Assembly (NCBI RefSeq): GCF_009914755.1
Contig: NC_060944.1
DNA: 64,000 bases
Source: the human T2T-CHM13v2.0 reference genome, Homo sapiens
Strand: one strand, 5' to 3'
Both the position numbers and the translations under genes were made by a program. Positions 35,202-60,469 of the stretch are shown piece by piece (position 1 is the first letter of the stretch; each line of letters begins with the position of its first letter). The notes under the pieces are model-generated. The model did not search any database. It worked only from the letters and a program-made list of their open reading frames with translations, and was not told the DNA's origin.

Positions 35202-35825
35202 GGCCAGGCGCGGTGGCTCACGCCTGTAATCTAGCACTTCGGGAGGCCAAGGCGGGTGGATCACAAGGTCAGGAGTTCAAGACCAGCCTGGCCAACATGG
35301 TGAAACCCTGTCTCTATTAATTAGCCAGGCATGGTGGTGGGTGCCTGTAATCCCAGCTACTTGGGAGGCTGAGGCAGAGAATTCCTTGAACCCAGGAGGT
35401 GGAGGTTGCCTTGAGCTGCGATCGCGCCACTGCACTCCAGCCTGGGCGACGGAGCAAGACTTCGTCTCAAAAAAAAAAGTACAGATTTCCTTATTTTTTG
35501 GCCGGGCACAGTGACTCACGCCTGTAATCCCAGCACTTTGGGAGGCCGAGGCAGGCAGATCACAAGGTCAGGAGTTCAAGACCAGCCTGGCCAACATGGT
35601 AAAACCCCGTCTCCACTAAAAATACAAAAAGCTGGGCATGGTGGCGCGTTCCTGTAATCCCAGCTAGTCGAGAGGCTGAGGCAGGAGAATTGCTTGAACT
35701 GGGACCCGGGAGGCGAGGTTGCAGTGAGCAGAGATCACGCCACTGCACTCCGGCCTGGGCTACAGAGCAAGACTCCATCTCAAAAAAAAAAAAAAAGAAA
35801 AAAGAAAAAAAGAAAAGAAAAGAAA
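35202..35825 (+). mobile_element. Two AluS elements (35202-35478, 35500-35825)
   Basis: The second carries the gaactgggacccggg insertion. Confidence 0.92.
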
Positions 35826-36239
35826 ATACAAACATAATTATAACATCAACATTTTATATGGTTTGATGTAACAGGCATCTTAATATATATGAGAGATTTT
35901 AAAGCATTGCTTCTCAACGTTGTCTAAAAAGAAATGTGGAAGGTGATTAATATTCCATTTCTTGAGCAATCTACTCTCCCTCAGAGACTATCTGAAATAT
36001 ATTTATTTAGCAAACCATATAATCTCAACAAACCCCTCCAAAAATCCTGGCCCTAAAGTTCCACTGGACTGGGAAAGGAACTCAACTAAATTAACTATCA
36101 ATACATGACTCTATCCTCCAACTCCCAATGGTTACTGAAATATTTTTTATTCAGTTAGAAATGAAGCAACTTCTACTCCAACATCAGTTTTTGTTTAACT
36201 CAGAACTCATTAAAGGTCTGACATCTAATAAATAAAGAG

Positions 36240-38610
<2,371 letters not shown>

Positions 38611-38772
38611 AGAAAAAAAAGTCTTGCTCCCCATAAATTGTATCTTTCCCAAGTTACTTAACCCAATGGCATTTTCTTAATCTTCTGCTTACAACCTTTG
38701 ATTCTCTTGATCACCTGCTTTCCTTGGCAACACACAAATCTACTACCCTAGTTCTTCATAACTCACCTCTGA

Positions 38773-39213
<441 letters not shown>

Positions 39214-39541
39214 TAGCTCAATCTAGGTCCACCTCACTCTTGGCCTAACCAAAACACGCTCTGCAGGGACTTTCATGGCACTAATTTAAGGTCTAAATCT
39301 TGCCTCATCTCTCTAAAAGATGGTTTTATTTTCCTACTGTATGTGATGACACTGTTTTTTTTTCTTACACCACTTTGAAAACTACCACGTCCTGTTGCTG
39401 TGGTGTTAAAGTTTTTCACCGTAGGTTTGCTTATTCTTTAAGAAGCAGTTGAAAAAGGAAGTAAGTCATGGAATTCATCCATCTTACAGCAAAGGGCTTT
39501 GATAGAAATCCAGCCCTTAAGCTATTACAACTCATGAATAA

Positions 39542-39913
<372 letters not shown>

Positions 39914-39949
39914 TAATGCCTCATTAAATGAACTCCAGGACATACTTAA

Positions 39950-41330
39950 ATTCATCTTCTAACCAGTAATTCCACTTCTGAGAAAACTTTCTACCAAAAT
40001 AACTAAATAGAGAAAAGGTTTTATGCCTTTTATACCATGTTTAACACAGGATAATTTAGAATAACAAAAATCTGGGAGCAACCTAAATGTCCAATACAGA
40101 AAAACGGTTAAGAAAACAATAACCTACACTTTTATGATCAACTGATTTTCAACAAGAGTGTTGAAATGGTTTCTACCATTCAATGGAGGAAAGGACAGTC
40201 CTTTCATCAAATGATGCTAGAACTGGATAGCCACATGCAATAGAATGAAACTGAACTCCTACCTCACATCATACAGAAAAATTAACTCTAAATATCCTCC
40301 CTATTGCACTTGACAAGTCTTTGAAAAAAAAATTCTAAGTAGATAAAGGACACCATTCAAGAAAGTAAAAGGACAACCCATAAAATGGGAGAAAACGCAA
40401 GAAAATATTGCAAATCATGTATCTGGAAAGGGACTTACATTTAGAATATAGAAAGAACTCATACAACTTTAATATAAGACAATTCAATTTAAAAATGGGC
40501 AAAGGAATTAAATGGACATTTCTCCAAAGATATACAAAGGGTCAATAAGCACATTAAAAGATGCTCAACATTATTAGCCATCAGGGAAATGCAAATCAAC
40601 ACTACAATGAGCTACCACTTTATAAGCACTAAGACTGCTATAACCAAAAAGAAAGATAAGTGCTCCCAAGGATATGAAAAAATCAGAACCCTTATAACCT
40701 GCTGGTGGGAATGTAAAATGGTGCAACCAGTTTGGAAAACATTTGGCACTCACTCAAAAAGTTAAACATAGAGTTACCATATGCCCACCAATTCCACTTC
40801 TAGGTATATACTCAAGAGAACTGAAAACGTATGTCCATACAAAAACTTGTACACAGATGTTTATAGCAGAATTATTCAAAATAGCCAAAAAGTAGAAACA
40901 ACCTAAATGTCCATCGACCGATGATGGTTAAGCAAAATGTGGCATATTCACACAATGGAACATTACCCATCCATAAAACAGAATGAAATACTGATACACA
41001 GACATTGATGAACCTTGAAAACATACTAACTGAAAGACACCAGACAAGTGAGGCCATATATTCTATGATTCCATTTATATGAAATGCCAGTATAGGAAAA
41101 TCCATAGATACAGAAAGTAGATTAGTGGTTACAAGGCCTGGGAGAGAAAGCAGAGAATCTAATGGGGAGTGACTGTCATGAGTATAGGATTTCTTTTGGG
41201 GGTGATGAAAATGTTCTGAAAGTAGATAGTGGTGATGGGTGCACAACTTTGCGATATGAGAAAAAGCACTGAAATTTACAATTTTAAAGAATAAATTTTA
41301 TGGTGCATGAATACCTTAATAAGACTTTCT
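39950..41330 (+). mobile_element. L1MB-like ORF2 end and 3'UTR
   Basis: gatcaactgattttcaacaag...gggaaatgcaaatcaac...ataccttaataa. Confidence 0.8.
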
Positions 41331-41816
41331 CAAGAGGAAAAAAGACAATCTATCCGTGCAATGAACACAATGTATGTAACTATGCCTCTTAGTTATAACC
41401 GTATTTTACACGCATACATTATGATCACAAATAGGTTAATATGAATAAAATATTAGAAAAAAGATCAAAATGCTGGGTTGGCAGAACTATAGGTGATCTC
41501 TTCATAACTATTTCTGCATTTTCCAGATGTTCCTTAGTAAGCACTGCTTTTTGTAAGTGGTGGGGAAAAGTTTTATTTACAACAAAAAAGATAAATTATT
41601 AAACTCCTAAGAATATAAGTAAAAATTCCTTCGCTAATAAAGAATAATAATAATTCAGCAATCTAATGGCCCCTAACACACCTTTCCTTCCCCTCCCCTA
41701 CAGAAGCCAGGAAAGTTGAACTCTCTCCTTCCGGAAACACGATACCCTCGATTTCCAGGACATCTCTAGCTCCTGCTTTCCCCCCCTCCTCTCCAGCTGC
41801 TCCATCTTCTCGGTCC

Positions 41817-41851
41817 TTTCCTCCTCCTCTTCTTCCTCCTCCTCCTCCCCC
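41817..41851. repeat. (TCC)n low-complexity pyrimidine tract
   Basis: tttcctcctcctcttcttcctcctcctcctcccc. Confidence 0.85.
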
Positions 41852-41859
41852 TGAGTAGT

Positions 41860-42590
41860 AAGTGCTAACGACCCGCAGGACTCTCATCAGGCCTCTATTA
41901 CTAAGTAAGGGGCTGCCTTACCCCCAACCCGCCACCCAGGACAAGGCGCACATTCTCGGCTGTCTGCGAACCTCGGACTCTGAGACATCTCCAGCCTGAG
42001 ACTGCAAAGTGGGTGAAGAACTGCGAGAACTCCCCACATACAGACAGTACTTCCCCGGTGGCCACGAGGACGCCAAGCCGGAGATGAGGCTGGGAAGGGG
42101 GACGACGGGGCCGCCTAGAGCGACCAAGACTAGGGAACTAGGGACATCCTGGCCCCCTCCTCTAGCCCCGCCCGGGGCAAGGGGTGTCCTGCGCGCCGCC
42201 CCCTCTCGGACCCGGAGAGGACGTCCCAGCTAGCGTACGGGGCCCACACACAGAGGCAGCAGCGCGGAGGCGGCAGCGGCGCGGACAGCGTGGGAAAGAG
42301 GGACACTCACCCGCTTCAGCCCCGAGCCTTCACTGCACCGGAAGTAGTCACCCGCCCGTTGCCAGGGTGAGGAAGCGGGGCTGACATCAAGTCTCCCCAT
42401 TGGTCATTCGGGGTACCACGTGGTCGGAAGCAGCCTCCCACAAGCGGCTCTGACTCCGCCCTCCGCTTCGGAGCGGCTCACCTGGCCTCAGAGGTGCAGC
42501 GCTAACTCCACCTGGGGCTTCGTTCTGAGCTGCGCATGCGCTATTGCTTATCTCTACCCACCCCGCCCCTGAATAAGCCCGCAGGATGTG
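41860..42590. promoter_or_regulatory. TASP1: CpG island / TASP1 promoter
   Basis: The only CpG-dense non-Alu stretch in the window. Motifs: ETS CCGGAAGT 42338-42345, CRE-like TGACATCA 42382-42389, CCAAT (minus) 42399-42403, E-box ACCACGTGGT 42415-42424, NRF1 GCGCATGCGC 42532-42541, GC box CCCCGCCCC 42561-42569. No TATA box seen. Confidence 0.9.
42311..42350 (-). other. TASP1: TASP1 exon 1 (non-coding; 5' end approximate)
   Basis: Donor CGG|gtgagt at 42311/42310 inside the CpG island, just downstream of a promoter motif cluster. The TSS is inferred, not observed. Confidence 0.8.
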
Positions 42591-42999
42591 ATTATATCTG
42601 AGTGGTTGATTGACTAATACTGTGATGAGAAATGAAATTAAACTGACCATCATTTTATCTAGGTGTCGCTTAAGAGTTACTTTCTTTCAATCCTTAGAGC
42701 ACTGTTAGACGGTAGGGAAAACTAAGGTTCAGCCTGCATTGCTTGTAGGAGTTGGGGCACGAGCCTTGCCCAGGGGGAAGGAGTGTAGGCGGTCTTTTAT
42801 CGGCTAGGATGTAAGACCGAAACCCAGTCATGGGTTTTGATGACCCATGACTGATGGATTTTCCTTATACTTCCACCAAAACATCACGTCGAACTGAATG
42901 TAAAGGCAGAAATGAGAATCTAACTGGCTTCTTTAAGCCAGCTATAGAGGAATTTACACTAATGCAAAAGATAACACTTTTCTTACCACATTTTTTTGT

Positions 43000-43545
<546 letters not shown>

Positions 43546-43689
43546 TACCATTATTATAAATATAACCTATGTGGTTTTATTATGTAACTTGGGGCTTTTT
43601 TTCTTTCTCTTCTACCACTGACTTCTTAGGGAGGGGCAAGGGGAAGAAGTTTATTACATAGTAAGAATAACAGTTTATTACATAGCAAT

Positions 43690-44090
43690 AGTAACTGAAA
43701 CCGATTTTGTTACCTAGAAGTAGGATGGATATTATAACAAAACATAACATAATAACATCATAAAAGTAAAACGTGTGGCACTGGCTTTGGAACTAGGTGA
43801 AGCAGCAAGAGCAGGAAGGGATCCAAAGTATTAACAAGAGTCTAAAAGGACTTGAGGAAGCTGCCAATGAGGGCTTAAAGGGAGCTAAGGAAGATGTTAT
43901 TGGAAGCTGGAGAAAATGGGGCCCTTGTTATATAGTGCCAGAAAGTTTGGCCCAGGCATTAGGAAGCAGACATAAACCATCCCCATTGTGACCTTTCTGA
44001 ATTCCTCACCCGCAGAATCCATCAGCATAATAAAATAGTTGTTCTTTTGCACCTTTAAAGTGGATTTTTACACAGCAATATTAACTGGAA
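43690..44090 (+). mobile_element. MLT1 (MaLR) internal/LTR fragments
   Basis: gtggcactggctttggaactagg...acacagcaatattaactggaac. Confidence 0.55.
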
Positions 44091-44271
44091 CCAGCAGGAA
44101 TAAAAGAAAGATGTTAAAGTTTTAAAAAGACATAGACATGCTCCCTTCCATTTCTTAGGCAACATTCTTCCTGGAATTTAACTACATTGTAATAATCATC
44201 TCCCAGTGCTGCTCTGTATACTTTTGTCTTGGGTATCACACCCAGATGCCACACAGGCCATCCTCTGGTAG

Positions 44272-44628
<357 letters not shown>

Positions 44629-44989
44629 TAACATTTTTAACCTGCATTGGGTACAGTAACAATGAGATCCTTTGAAATATTAATAACGAACAGTTGTAAT
44701 ATCTATTTGATTAACTCAACATGTTAAATTTGAAAGGAAAGTCTATACTAGTAAATCTCCTTCAGAAAAAATCTGGTTGCCTCCCTCTTCCTGTTCCCAC
44801 CTCTCCCAAACCCGGAAAAGCAGCAAGCTGAGGAATTACTTCCTTTATCTCAAATAATCATGTCTGCTGCATCTTGATCTTTGTACTCTAAGTAAGCCCC
44901 CTCTGTCCTGGTTCCCTGGGGGTCTCCCTTTGTTTTGTATTCCTGGAAAACTATTGCTTTAACACATGTGTCAGAAATGTAGCAGAACA

Positions 44990-45481
44990 ATAGTGATAGT
45001 TTTCAATTGTTGTGCCGCAAGTTAACACCAATTCACCTGCTTAAGACAACACAAATGTAATATTTCCGTTTCTGTGGATCAGGTGTCCAGGTCTCTGCTC
45101 AGATCTCAGAAGGCTGAAATCAAGGTGTCAGTCAGAGCTGCCATCTCATCGGATGCCCAGAGCGATTCTCCAAGCTCATTCAGGTGATTGGCAGAATTCA
45201 AATCCTTGCAGCTGTAGAGCTGGCCACTTTTGTCTTCTTCAAGGTCAGGAGGAGCAGTCCTCTCTGACTTTTCCACCTTGAAAGGACTCAACTGATTAGG
45301 TCAGGTCCCCCAGGATAATCTCTCCTTTGATGAACACAGAGTCAATGATTCGTCGTCAAGTTTCAGGAGGGATGGCCATCATATTCTCAGCTTCCATCCA
45401 CACTCCAGGGGAGAGGATCATACAGGGTCTGTGCACCAGGGGTAGAAATCTTGCAGGTCATCTTAGAATTTTGCCTACCAC
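44990..45481 (-). mobile_element. MLT1E/F-like MaLR LTR
   Basis: ggctgaaatcaaggtgtcag...ttagaattttgcctaccac. Confidence 0.7.
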
Positions 45482-46452
45482 GTGGAAAAAAGAAAGTTTC
45501 AATTATAGATGGACTGCGACAACCCTTCAAGCAGTCCTATGGTAGACAACAGTTGTTTCGCCTGCCCAGCATGAATTCCTTCTTATTTCTCCTAACAGCA
45601 CCCCACTTCACTTCCAGGGACTGCCCTTCACCACTTGCACCCAGCGTAAGTGGGACTGTCCATCAGGATGCTCCGTGGGATGATCAACTGACCCATGCTA
45701 AGCTAAAGCTGCTTCTTGCCTGGAATTTGAAAATTGACAGCAATAATGCAAAGAGTAAAAGCAGTTGTTTATTCAACCAAGGTTACAGAGTTCCCTGTTA
45801 CTGCTCCAGAGCTTGTATTTTTCCAAAACCTGCTTCCTTAGTTTTTCTTTCAATTATCTTAGGTACTCCCTATCCTTCCAACAAATTCCTTTTATCTTCT
45901 TTAATATATAAAATTTTGAGCAAGACAAATAATCCAGAGATTACTTGACTCCCATGTCAAGCCCTGATGACAACACATTGTCTTCGGAGCCCTGACGAAG
46001 ACTGGTAAGATGAAAGGTGGCCCACCTGCCATCTCTGGTTTCATCCTTGTTGTCTGTCAATTATCTGGCCAGCTATGTTGTCATCCCCCATTCATAGGGC
46101 AATATAAATATTCTTCCTGCACAACAAACTGTCTGACCAGTTTGTGATTTAACACCTTTCTCTGCAATCTCTTAGCTTTTTTATTGTAACATGTAAAGAG
46201 TGTCCCCCCATTCTCATAAGCTTGTTATAAACATGAAATACAATTTGCTGAACCAGAACCAGTGTCAGCTTCTCAATCACTTTTTCCTAACCACCTTATT
46301 TTAAATTGCAATCACACTACCCTGCCTGTTCTCCTTCCTGTTTTATCTCTATCAGTAGCACACACCCCAACTAATCCTCTACAATTTTCCCCATTCTTTT
46401 AGTTTATTAATCATCTCTCCTGTAAAGTCAGTTCCATAAAGATGGGGCTATC

Positions 46453-46628
46453 TTTATTTATTTTTTATTTTTTATTTTTTTGAGACAGTGTCTTGTTGTA
46501 GCACCCAGGCTGGAGTGTAGCGATGCTACCATGGCTCACTGCAGCCTCAAACTCCTGGGATCAAGCCATCCTCCTGCCTAAGTCTCCCAAGTAGCTGGGA
46601 CTACAGATGTGAGCAACTGCACCCAGCT
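46453..46628 (-). mobile_element. Alu monomer / AluJ right arm
   Basis: Single antisense arm. Confidence 0.85.
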
Positions 46629-46959
46629 AGAACAGAGATTTAAAAAGAAAAAAAAACATTTTATTGATGTTAAACATAAATACAGAAAAGTACAGCTTGA
46701 TGATTCTTCATATAGTAAACACAGTGTGTAACCATTCCTCAGATCAAGTGAAAAAAATCATGACCTCGCCCCAGGGTAATCCTGACATCTAACATCACAC
46801 ATCCATTTTCTCTATATTTAAACATTATATGAATGGAATTTTACAGTATGAAAACTCTTTTATGTGTATTAATGTCACACGTTGAGATTAGTCCACGTTG
46901 GATGTTTATTCTCCTTGCCATGTGGTATTTCACTGAGATAATTTATCCATTACATTGTG

Positions 46960-49785
<2,826 letters not shown>

Positions 49786-50344
49786 TAGGGAGGGAAGGAA
49801 TTGATGGTGGCATTCTGGGAGACAAATTGCCACACTCAGTAAGGGTTCAGTGGTGGCATGCCCCCAACATCCCTTTTGGTTACTAAAGCAAGAAAAAAAT
49901 TGAATTTATTAAAAGGATGGGAGTAGCTCACAAAATCAAAAAGAAGACTCTCAGAAAAGATAGGAACTAGAGAAGTTCTAGCTAGCAAGCACTAATGGAC
50001 ATGTTTTCGAGGTGCAGCCACAGGATAAATCAACTTTATGTGTTTCTCATACTTTTGTCTTCCTGCTCAAATTCCAAGCTAAAAAAATTTTGTCACATAA
50101 TTGAATCAGTGTTTCCACCTTATCCAAGAGAGGACAAGATCCTTGAACTCATACTCCCTCTAAAACTGCATAAAATGGGAGAAGGAAATCAATAAACTAT
50201 TCCCAAGGTAAGAAACATGGATGCCAGGCTGCAGAACAACGGATGCTCATTGTCCAGGATGCTTTGGGTATAACTTTACCTAAGATAAGAGGACCAGCAA
50301 GGGTTTCTCCAACTCCATACATATCCTTTAAAAAAAAAATCTGG

Positions 50345-50691
<347 letters not shown>

Positions 50692-50936
50692 TTATCTATG
50701 TCTGTGAATTCAATAAAGTTTCACCAAACTTAAAAATATATTATTTGTTTGGAATTATTAATCATTGTTATTTTATATAGTTTAGAACTAACAACATTTC
50801 TCCATCCTTTATGATCTTGGTGAAGAAGAGTGTACCTGATAGTACTTGGGGAAAAAATGTATTTAGCTTCTATTTCAATGTTTCTCTTAAGTGTGAGGAT
50901 AACACTGAAGGGATGTAATTTGTATACTAAACTAAC

Positions 50937-51750
<814 letters not shown>

Positions 51751-52375
51751 AAGACAACAACGAAGTTTACAGCATTGATTCACTCTCCTTTCCTTTTGAA
51801 TGAAATCCCATGTTCCAGTCACCAATTAGTCTGTAGTTTATCTGAGTTTATTCTGGCTGCTCACACTTTGTTAGCAGATGCTGCTGGTGCCCAGATTGCA
51901 GCTACTTGGCTACCTCTAGTCTCAGCCCTGGCAAGCAGCTCCAGCCTGCACCATCAGCTTCCCTGTCCTTCTGCTTTCTGTCCCAGAGCCAGCTCCAATG
52001 CCCAAGCATAACTTGGGGACACATGGAAGTGAGCACCCACCAAGGGGGGTGTTCACCCTCAACCAAAGGGGATTTAAATGCTCCAGCCTTAAGCCCTTCA
52101 GGCCAATTCTGAGAGGCAAACTGTAAACTTCTCGGAGTTCTTGGGATACTGAGTCTTGCAGCAAAGGATGAAGTGTCCTGACATTGGCTTTTCCTTCCTT
52201 TCTGCCTTACGCTTCATAGCCTCTCACTTTGCTGTCTGCAATCACCTGCCAAAAAACTCCCTGCACCTACACTCCTGTCTAGGGGTTTGTATTCACGGGA
52301 ACCCAGATTTAGACAGGCTCCTTTATCCAGTCATATCTTTTGGTTACTGGCAACGTCTAATATTGATTTATATGA

Positions 52376-52786
<411 letters not shown>

Positions 52787-53404
52787 TAGTTAAAAGGGAG
52801 GGAGGGAGGAAGGAAGGAAAGAAGAAAGGAAAGTGGAGAGGGAAATGAATAAGCTCTTCTTTCTGACAGTTTTTACTACAAAATTTAAGTGTGCTTTTGG
52901 AGCTGAACATAAAAAACTTCACTCACCCAATTTGAGTTCCGAGCTTTACCTCTAAATCTTGTACTAGAGCCATCTAAGCTATGGGTGTATTAGCACCCAG
53001 TTAGGATGTGTTAGCAAGTGAATTGGCTGTCAGCACTTTGAGACCTGGGAACACACCCAGGCCCCCAGGGAAGCCGGACCCAGAGGTCAGAGGACAGCAC
53101 TATTGTAGCCCAGTGTCTCTAATGGGAAACAGATGCTCCCAGCTGTCGCCTGCCATCAGCCAGCTCACTGAATGTTTTCAGCCCTGGCTCCTTCTGGACC
53201 AATCGAGCTGTATAAACACATTTTATCCGCAAGCCTGGTTGTGGGGGCAGCCAACCTATCTGTCTTCTTTTCTATTAGGAGAGCCTGCCTGTGCTGAATC
53301 CAAGGTTTAACTCATTAGAATAACAATTAAACAAAGGTAGGATTTTTTTTTCCCTTTTTTTTGTAAAGCTTCTATTTTCTTTTTGCTAACAGGGTTGATA
53401 TTAG

Positions 53405-53910
<506 letters not shown>

Positions 53911-54888
53911 AAGAACTTTCTCATTATTAACATTTTAAATAATTTGTCATTTTATGGCTTCTATACATTCTTTCATTTAACATATTTTCTGAGCATCTGT
54001 TATGTACACAGCAGTCTTACTGGCACTTGTAAAACATTAACAATAGATTCCTTAGAGAGCCTAGGCCATAAGGCATCTGTTTCCTTGTCTCTCTCCAGCA
54101 GCTCTTCCCTTTTGTTCCCAATAACAACAGTCACTTGGACCATGGTAACTTATCTGCATCTCCATTTTATGTGGCTTTGCTGGGTCTGCCAGTCACGGTG
54201 ACATTGCAGCCCAGCCCAGGTATGAGCATGTGATCCGGGCCTTGCTAATAACATACCATGCCCTGGGCCATGTAAGTCTGGGCTCATGACTTATGCCAGT
54301 CCAATCCAAGTTCTTCCCTGAAATTTTCAACAATCATTTTTGGAGAGAAGATGCTCTTTTACATGTAGGGTTACTAAATAGGAGAGAGTGGCCATTCCCT
54401 TTTTCTTTTGCATGGAGAAAGTTCGTCTAAAGTTGAAAAAAACTGAGGCCAACACATGAAGAGAAGCAGAGCCAGAGATGGGGAGAAATTTCAAATGGCC
54501 TTGTTTGAAGCCCCTTCCCGCCCAGCTATGTTCACTAATCTCTCACTCCCTCTTCCTCTCTTTATCTCTCTCTCTCTTAGACAGTTTTGATCTCAAACTT
54601 TTGGCCTCAAGCGATCCTCTCATCCCGGCCTCTCAAAGTGCTGTGATTACAGGTGTCAGCCACCGTGCCCACCGCACCTGGCCACTCTCAGATAGTTTGA
54701 GATGGCTTTCTGTCACTTTCAACGAAAAGACTCCTGACAAATACATAGTCAAACCCCCATTTTTTTTAGTATAAGGAAACTGATTCTCACAGTGTTTGGA
54801 ATTTTTTCAAGCTTCCATGGTGAGTGAGTAGCAGAGGCGGTACACAATCATAGATCTCCTGACTTCCAAACCAGTTCTTTCATTTTCA

Positions 54889-55286
<398 letters not shown>

Positions 55287-55322
55287 TCACTGCTTTTTTT
55301 AGGTGAGTTGAATCCTTACATA

Positions 55323-56609
<1,287 letters not shown>

Positions 56610-58610
56610 ACCTCTCTTGGCCAAGTGATATCTCAGTAATCCTGCCAGTCACTCTCTAGACAAACAGCTCTAAGAGTAGTTTGGAGACACAGAAGCCGCG
56701 TAAGCCTACAGAAAAAAGCTGGTCAGTCCTAAACTGAAACAGGCTGGGCTTTCACAAATTTTGCTTGTCCAAAAAACAGGCTCAAATTACATCCCAAACA
56801 ACTCACGGCTTTTTATAGGGCTCTTTTAACACTTTAGCCAAATAATTGTTAGTTTATTTTGTGTAAATGGTTTAAATATATGTTTTAGCATTAAAATGAT
56901 CCAAAACCAACACTTGGCATTGCTTTCAAGTGCCTTTTCAACCTTCCCTCAGTGGAAACCAGATTAACTTCAAATTTTATAAGAGAAATGTCCTAATCTT
57001 CCCATTCTGCCCTCAGTGGTTCCAAAATCATGAGAAAATGGGCATCTTCAGTTTCTTCTATTTTCTGTAACTTTTCATTAATTATTGAGATATTTATTCA
57101 GAAATGAACCAGGGAACATATGCTTCAAATTTTATTTTTATGGTTTTTTTTCACTATGCCATGAATAATGTCCAAAACATCAATATTAAACCAAATTAAA
57201 CCATAACTGACAAGGGCACATTTGAATCTAATAGGTGGTCAACTGCATTTTTTCTGATCCAATTCTACAAATGTAGTAGAATTTGTACTAGAAAAATCCA
57301 AAATATTCTTAGAAACAACAAAATGGAAATTTTTAAAAGGAGAAATTCTATATAACATGGTCATTTAAAGCCAGATTTACCACTGGAAAAATTTCCTGGG
57401 AGCAAAGCCATATTTATTAAAGACAAATGTACCTCAAGTACAGGAATATCTTTCTTTCAGGATTCTCAAAATGTAAATGTTTACACATACAAATAGTGAC
57501 ACATTGTACTTTACAGCAATATTTCTACAACTGTGGAGCTGGAAGAAACTGTGATAAACTCTGTGGATCCCCTTGGGTGCCTTTTACCATTTCTGTGCCC
57601 TGCCCTTAGCTTCTATGTTTTTGCTTTGAACAGCCAGAGTCTGTGACTCTTCAAAGCCATCCCTTGGCCTGTTGGAGCCACTCTGCCCACTTTGCGGAGA
57701 GCTACAAGTGACTAGGAGTTCACATCCACCCAGGATGGCCTTCGGCCAACAAATGACTGGTGGTGACATATAGATGCCCAGCCCCCTTCCCTCAAGAGGG
57801 TACAAACTCTGGGGTGTAATTTAGACTCTAGAGCATCCCTATGGGATGAAGCAGAGACTGGGGCTCTGTCTGAAATTTCTCGCTTGCTTAGCTTCTTTCT
57901 ATTCCTTGTCCTATCTCCTTCATTACCTTATCTGTTCCCCCCAAAAGTCCTTCCTTAACATATTGCTTGCACACAACTCCTCATCTCAAGGTCTGCTTCC
58001 AAAGAACCCCATGTAAGACCTGAGATGAAGTTTACCTGCTCCAATCCTTTCATTTCACCAATGCTTAGCCCAATCTGTCTGTCAAGAACATGTACCATGT
58101 TCTGGGCATGGTTTAGGCATGGAGAAGTGCCAATCTCTAGGAAAGTGGAAATGACAGTCTTTTGACCCAGGCTTACATTATCTTCTGTCAGGGCCAGTTT
58201 GAGAGTTCAAGGGAATGTGTTACCAGTCACAAGTACGTGAATTACCTCATGCATTCAGCATTCATTCAGGCATTATCTACTAACAACACTCATGGAAGCT
58301 GGGAAACAGAGAAACCTAATAAAGATTAATTGGAAAATTATGTAAATCATCTACTCCAACCTGAAGTAGGCCAGTAGAAAAATATCCAAAGATTTACCTG
58401 AGTCCAACATCATTCACTCAGAAACTATTAAACATTATTATTTGATTCTCAATATCACTTTCTTCTTTTTTCTATTATTATCTCTAAGGTTTACAAATAT
58501 AAAACATGACCGGAAATTGCTGGTAGAAAGTGGTTTTATTTTTGGCCCCAAGAGATTCTAAACACTCATATGGGAGGTTTCCAGTAAAAGCACCTCTATT
58601 CCCACTTTAC

Positions 58611-58904
58611 TTTTTTTTTTTTTTTTTTTGAGATACACTCTGTCACCCAAGCTGGAGTGCAGTGGTGTGATCTTGGCTCACTGCAACCTCTGCCTCCTGG
58701 GTACAAGTGATTCTTGTGCCTCAGCCTCCTGAGTAGCTGGGACTACAGGCATGCGCCAACACAACTGGCTAATTTTTGTATTATTAGTAGAGGTGGGGTT
58801 TCACCATGTTAGCCAGGCTGGTCTCAAACACCTGACCTCAAGTGATCCACCCACCTTGGCCTCCCAAAGTGCTGGGATTACAGGCGTGAGCCACCGCGCC
58901 TGGC
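58611..58904 (-). mobile_element. AluS
   Basis: Antisense dimer; flanks tcccact(t/c)tactttt. Confidence 0.92.
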
Positions 58905-59120
58905 CTCCCACTCTACTTTTTAATCATTTATCCAATAAATATTTACAGGGTATGAGCTTTGACTGCTGCCTACCTTCTAATCAGCCATGTTATATTTTTT
59001 GCACAGTCCCAGCTGGTCCTCTTTTTCCTAGAACTTATTACTAAACAAACAAACAAACAAACAAAAACAAATAAACAAAAAACAAAATAAATAAGTAATG
59101 GTTACAATTCAGATACTATC

Positions 59121-59941
<821 letters not shown>

Positions 59942-60469
59942 CCATCTGCTTTCCAGATTCATTGCTGCATCTGAAGAAACTACGAAACCTTTGCCTGTGT
60001 CACAGGCATAATTCATATGTCAATCACTCAATTTTGACTTCCCTACCTGTCTTTGAAATGCCCTGCTATTCTTTCTGGCTGTCACTAGTGTCTTCTATAT
60101 TTGAGCTCTATTGCAATCACGGGTCAAGTGCCATTGCTTTCTTCTGGCCTCAGTACAAAACTAACACCAACAATAATAAATATTTTCCAGCTTAGAAGTG
60201 GTAATTCCCCTTGCAATTTATACTTTGTGGTATCCAGCTTCCTTTTCTGCTTCCCGTTCCATTTTTACAGTCTGTTTCATTTGAGACTTTGGAGATAATG
60301 ATGTTCAGTGATGATAGCAATAAAAAATGAAATACAGATGGGTTTATGACAAGAGGAAATTTGCCAACTTCTCTGGACAACATATATTAAGACCAAAGAC
60401 ACAGAGTGATGGCATCAGTATCACCAAGGCCCCAAATAATTCCATATATGCATTACTTATACCCTAATT

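Noticed and set aside
41663-42653. ORFs across the CpG island
   Set aside because: Expected from stop-codon scarcity in GC-rich DNA; no family similarity.
45451-45948. 165-aa ORF, the longest non-L1 ORF
   Set aside because: Non-ATG start inside a MaLR LTR, no recognisable domain or splice structure.
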